Shown here in pieces: positions 63,035 through 64,000 of a DNA stretch of 64,000 bases (position 1 is the first letter of the stretch; each line of letters opens with the position of its first letter). The stretch comes from Calcarisporiella thermophila CBS 279.70. Its lineage: Eukaryota > Fungi > Calcarisporiellomycota. The DNA lies in contig NW_027192196.1 of the NCBI RefSeq assembly GCF_041956535.1, forward strand, positions 602,759 through 666,758. The letters are read 5' to 3'. The notes under the pieces were generated by a model that was not told the DNA's origin, made no database searches, and saw only the letters and a program-made list of their open reading frames with translations. The position numbers and the translations under genes are program-made.

Positions 63035-64000
63035 ATGAATGAGCCCGAGAGCAGCCTTCATATGAATTTGTCCTCAGAAGTCAAAGATACGGCTCGGCAG
63101 GGGAAGCGAAGTCGAATCAGCCGAGCGTGTGATGCTTGCCGACGCAGAAAGATCCGATGCAATGGTGGCAATGAAAAAAAATGCTCCAACTGCCACCTCT
63201 ACGGACTCGAGTGTGTGTTCACTCCAACGACTAAGAGGCGAAATCCATCGAAGGGGTATGTAAATTGAAACCATCTCTATAATGTCGTTCTTCTATCATT
63301 CATCCCTTTGAATTACACACGTGCCTTCTAATGCTCTCTTAATATCATCCCTTATGCAGACATCTTGATGCTCTGGAAGATAGAATTAAACGAATGGAGA
63401 GTATCCTCACAAAGCAACAAGGGAACACGACCAGTATGATCTCCGGCGATAAGAATACAGCAGTTTCTCTGAGAGAGGTGCAAAAGCTCAAGCAAGATCT
63501 AGCAAACTATTTGCATCAAACATCAATGGAATCCAACGATACATCAGCACTTAATCGAACCTCAACCGGAATCAGTCCTCTCTCTTCCCCTGCAGATCTT
63601 TCACTATCCTTGCAACCACACTCCCCACATTTGGTCCCCACTCCAGAATCTCCGGTAGCGAAGTGGCCAAAGGATTCACCTAATGACTGGAATGAGGAAG
63701 AAGAAGAGGATCTCACATACCAGCTCGAGGATATTTCGCTTGAGGACGAAAATACCATCCGTTATATCAATGATACTCATGGAGACTTTTTCGCCAAGTT
63801 TTTAGAAAATCTTAGTCAAAATGACTTGGCCCAGCTTCCCTTCCCAACGCGGCACGGTCGACGAGTATTTGCGCGGAGATTGGATGGAAATGATTTCTTG
63901 CTTCTTGAGGAGTCTAATGATGTGGATGTAGATAAATATCGTAATGAGTTACCCCCGAAAGATATTGCTGATTTCTTGGTGGACGCGTAAGTGCTGCTTG
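63035..64000 (+). CDS. Zn(II)2Cys6 transcription factor (partial; runs off window end)
   Basis: RISRACDACRRRKIRCNGGNEKKCSNCHLYGLECVF, followed by a coiled coil (LEDRIKRME) and LPP..AD.LV at the start of the MHR. Confidence 0.95.

Overview
Gene-dense, intron-rich eukaryotic DNA. It is very probably from an early-diverging (non-Dikarya) fungus such as a Mucoromycota relative: fungal markers (Zn2Cys6 TF, Opy2, Ivy1, YAT permease) sit alongside genes better known from animals. I rebuilt about 27 protein-coding genes by manually splicing the ORF fragments. Most are housekeeping genes (P450, ACL4, PRE9, VPS26, CDC6, UTP25, cyclophilin, PEX16, Hikeshi/OPI10, SCP2, Sel1-repeat). Highlights: (1) an obligatory U12-type AT-AC minor-spliceosome intron (34645-34737) inside the RNB domain of a DIS3L-like exoribonuclease; (2) a ZC4H2-like protein whose zinc finger is replaced by an AT-hook; (3) a divergent nitrate transporter/nitrate reductase pair with no nitrite reductase, carrying palindromic GATA sites, plus an orphan GATA cluster 3' of the transporter; (4) a candidate amine/Amadori/imino-acid utilisation cluster (MFS, MCT, amino-acid permease, FAD amine oxidase, Zn2Cys6 TF) at the right end; (5) a small spliced bL35m gene missed by the ORF track and a spliced NDUFAF4-like gene it shows only as fragments. 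I recognised no tRNA, rRNA, transposon or CRISPR features. All homology calls are from motif recognition by eye, not database searches. Exon boundaries are manual predictions.
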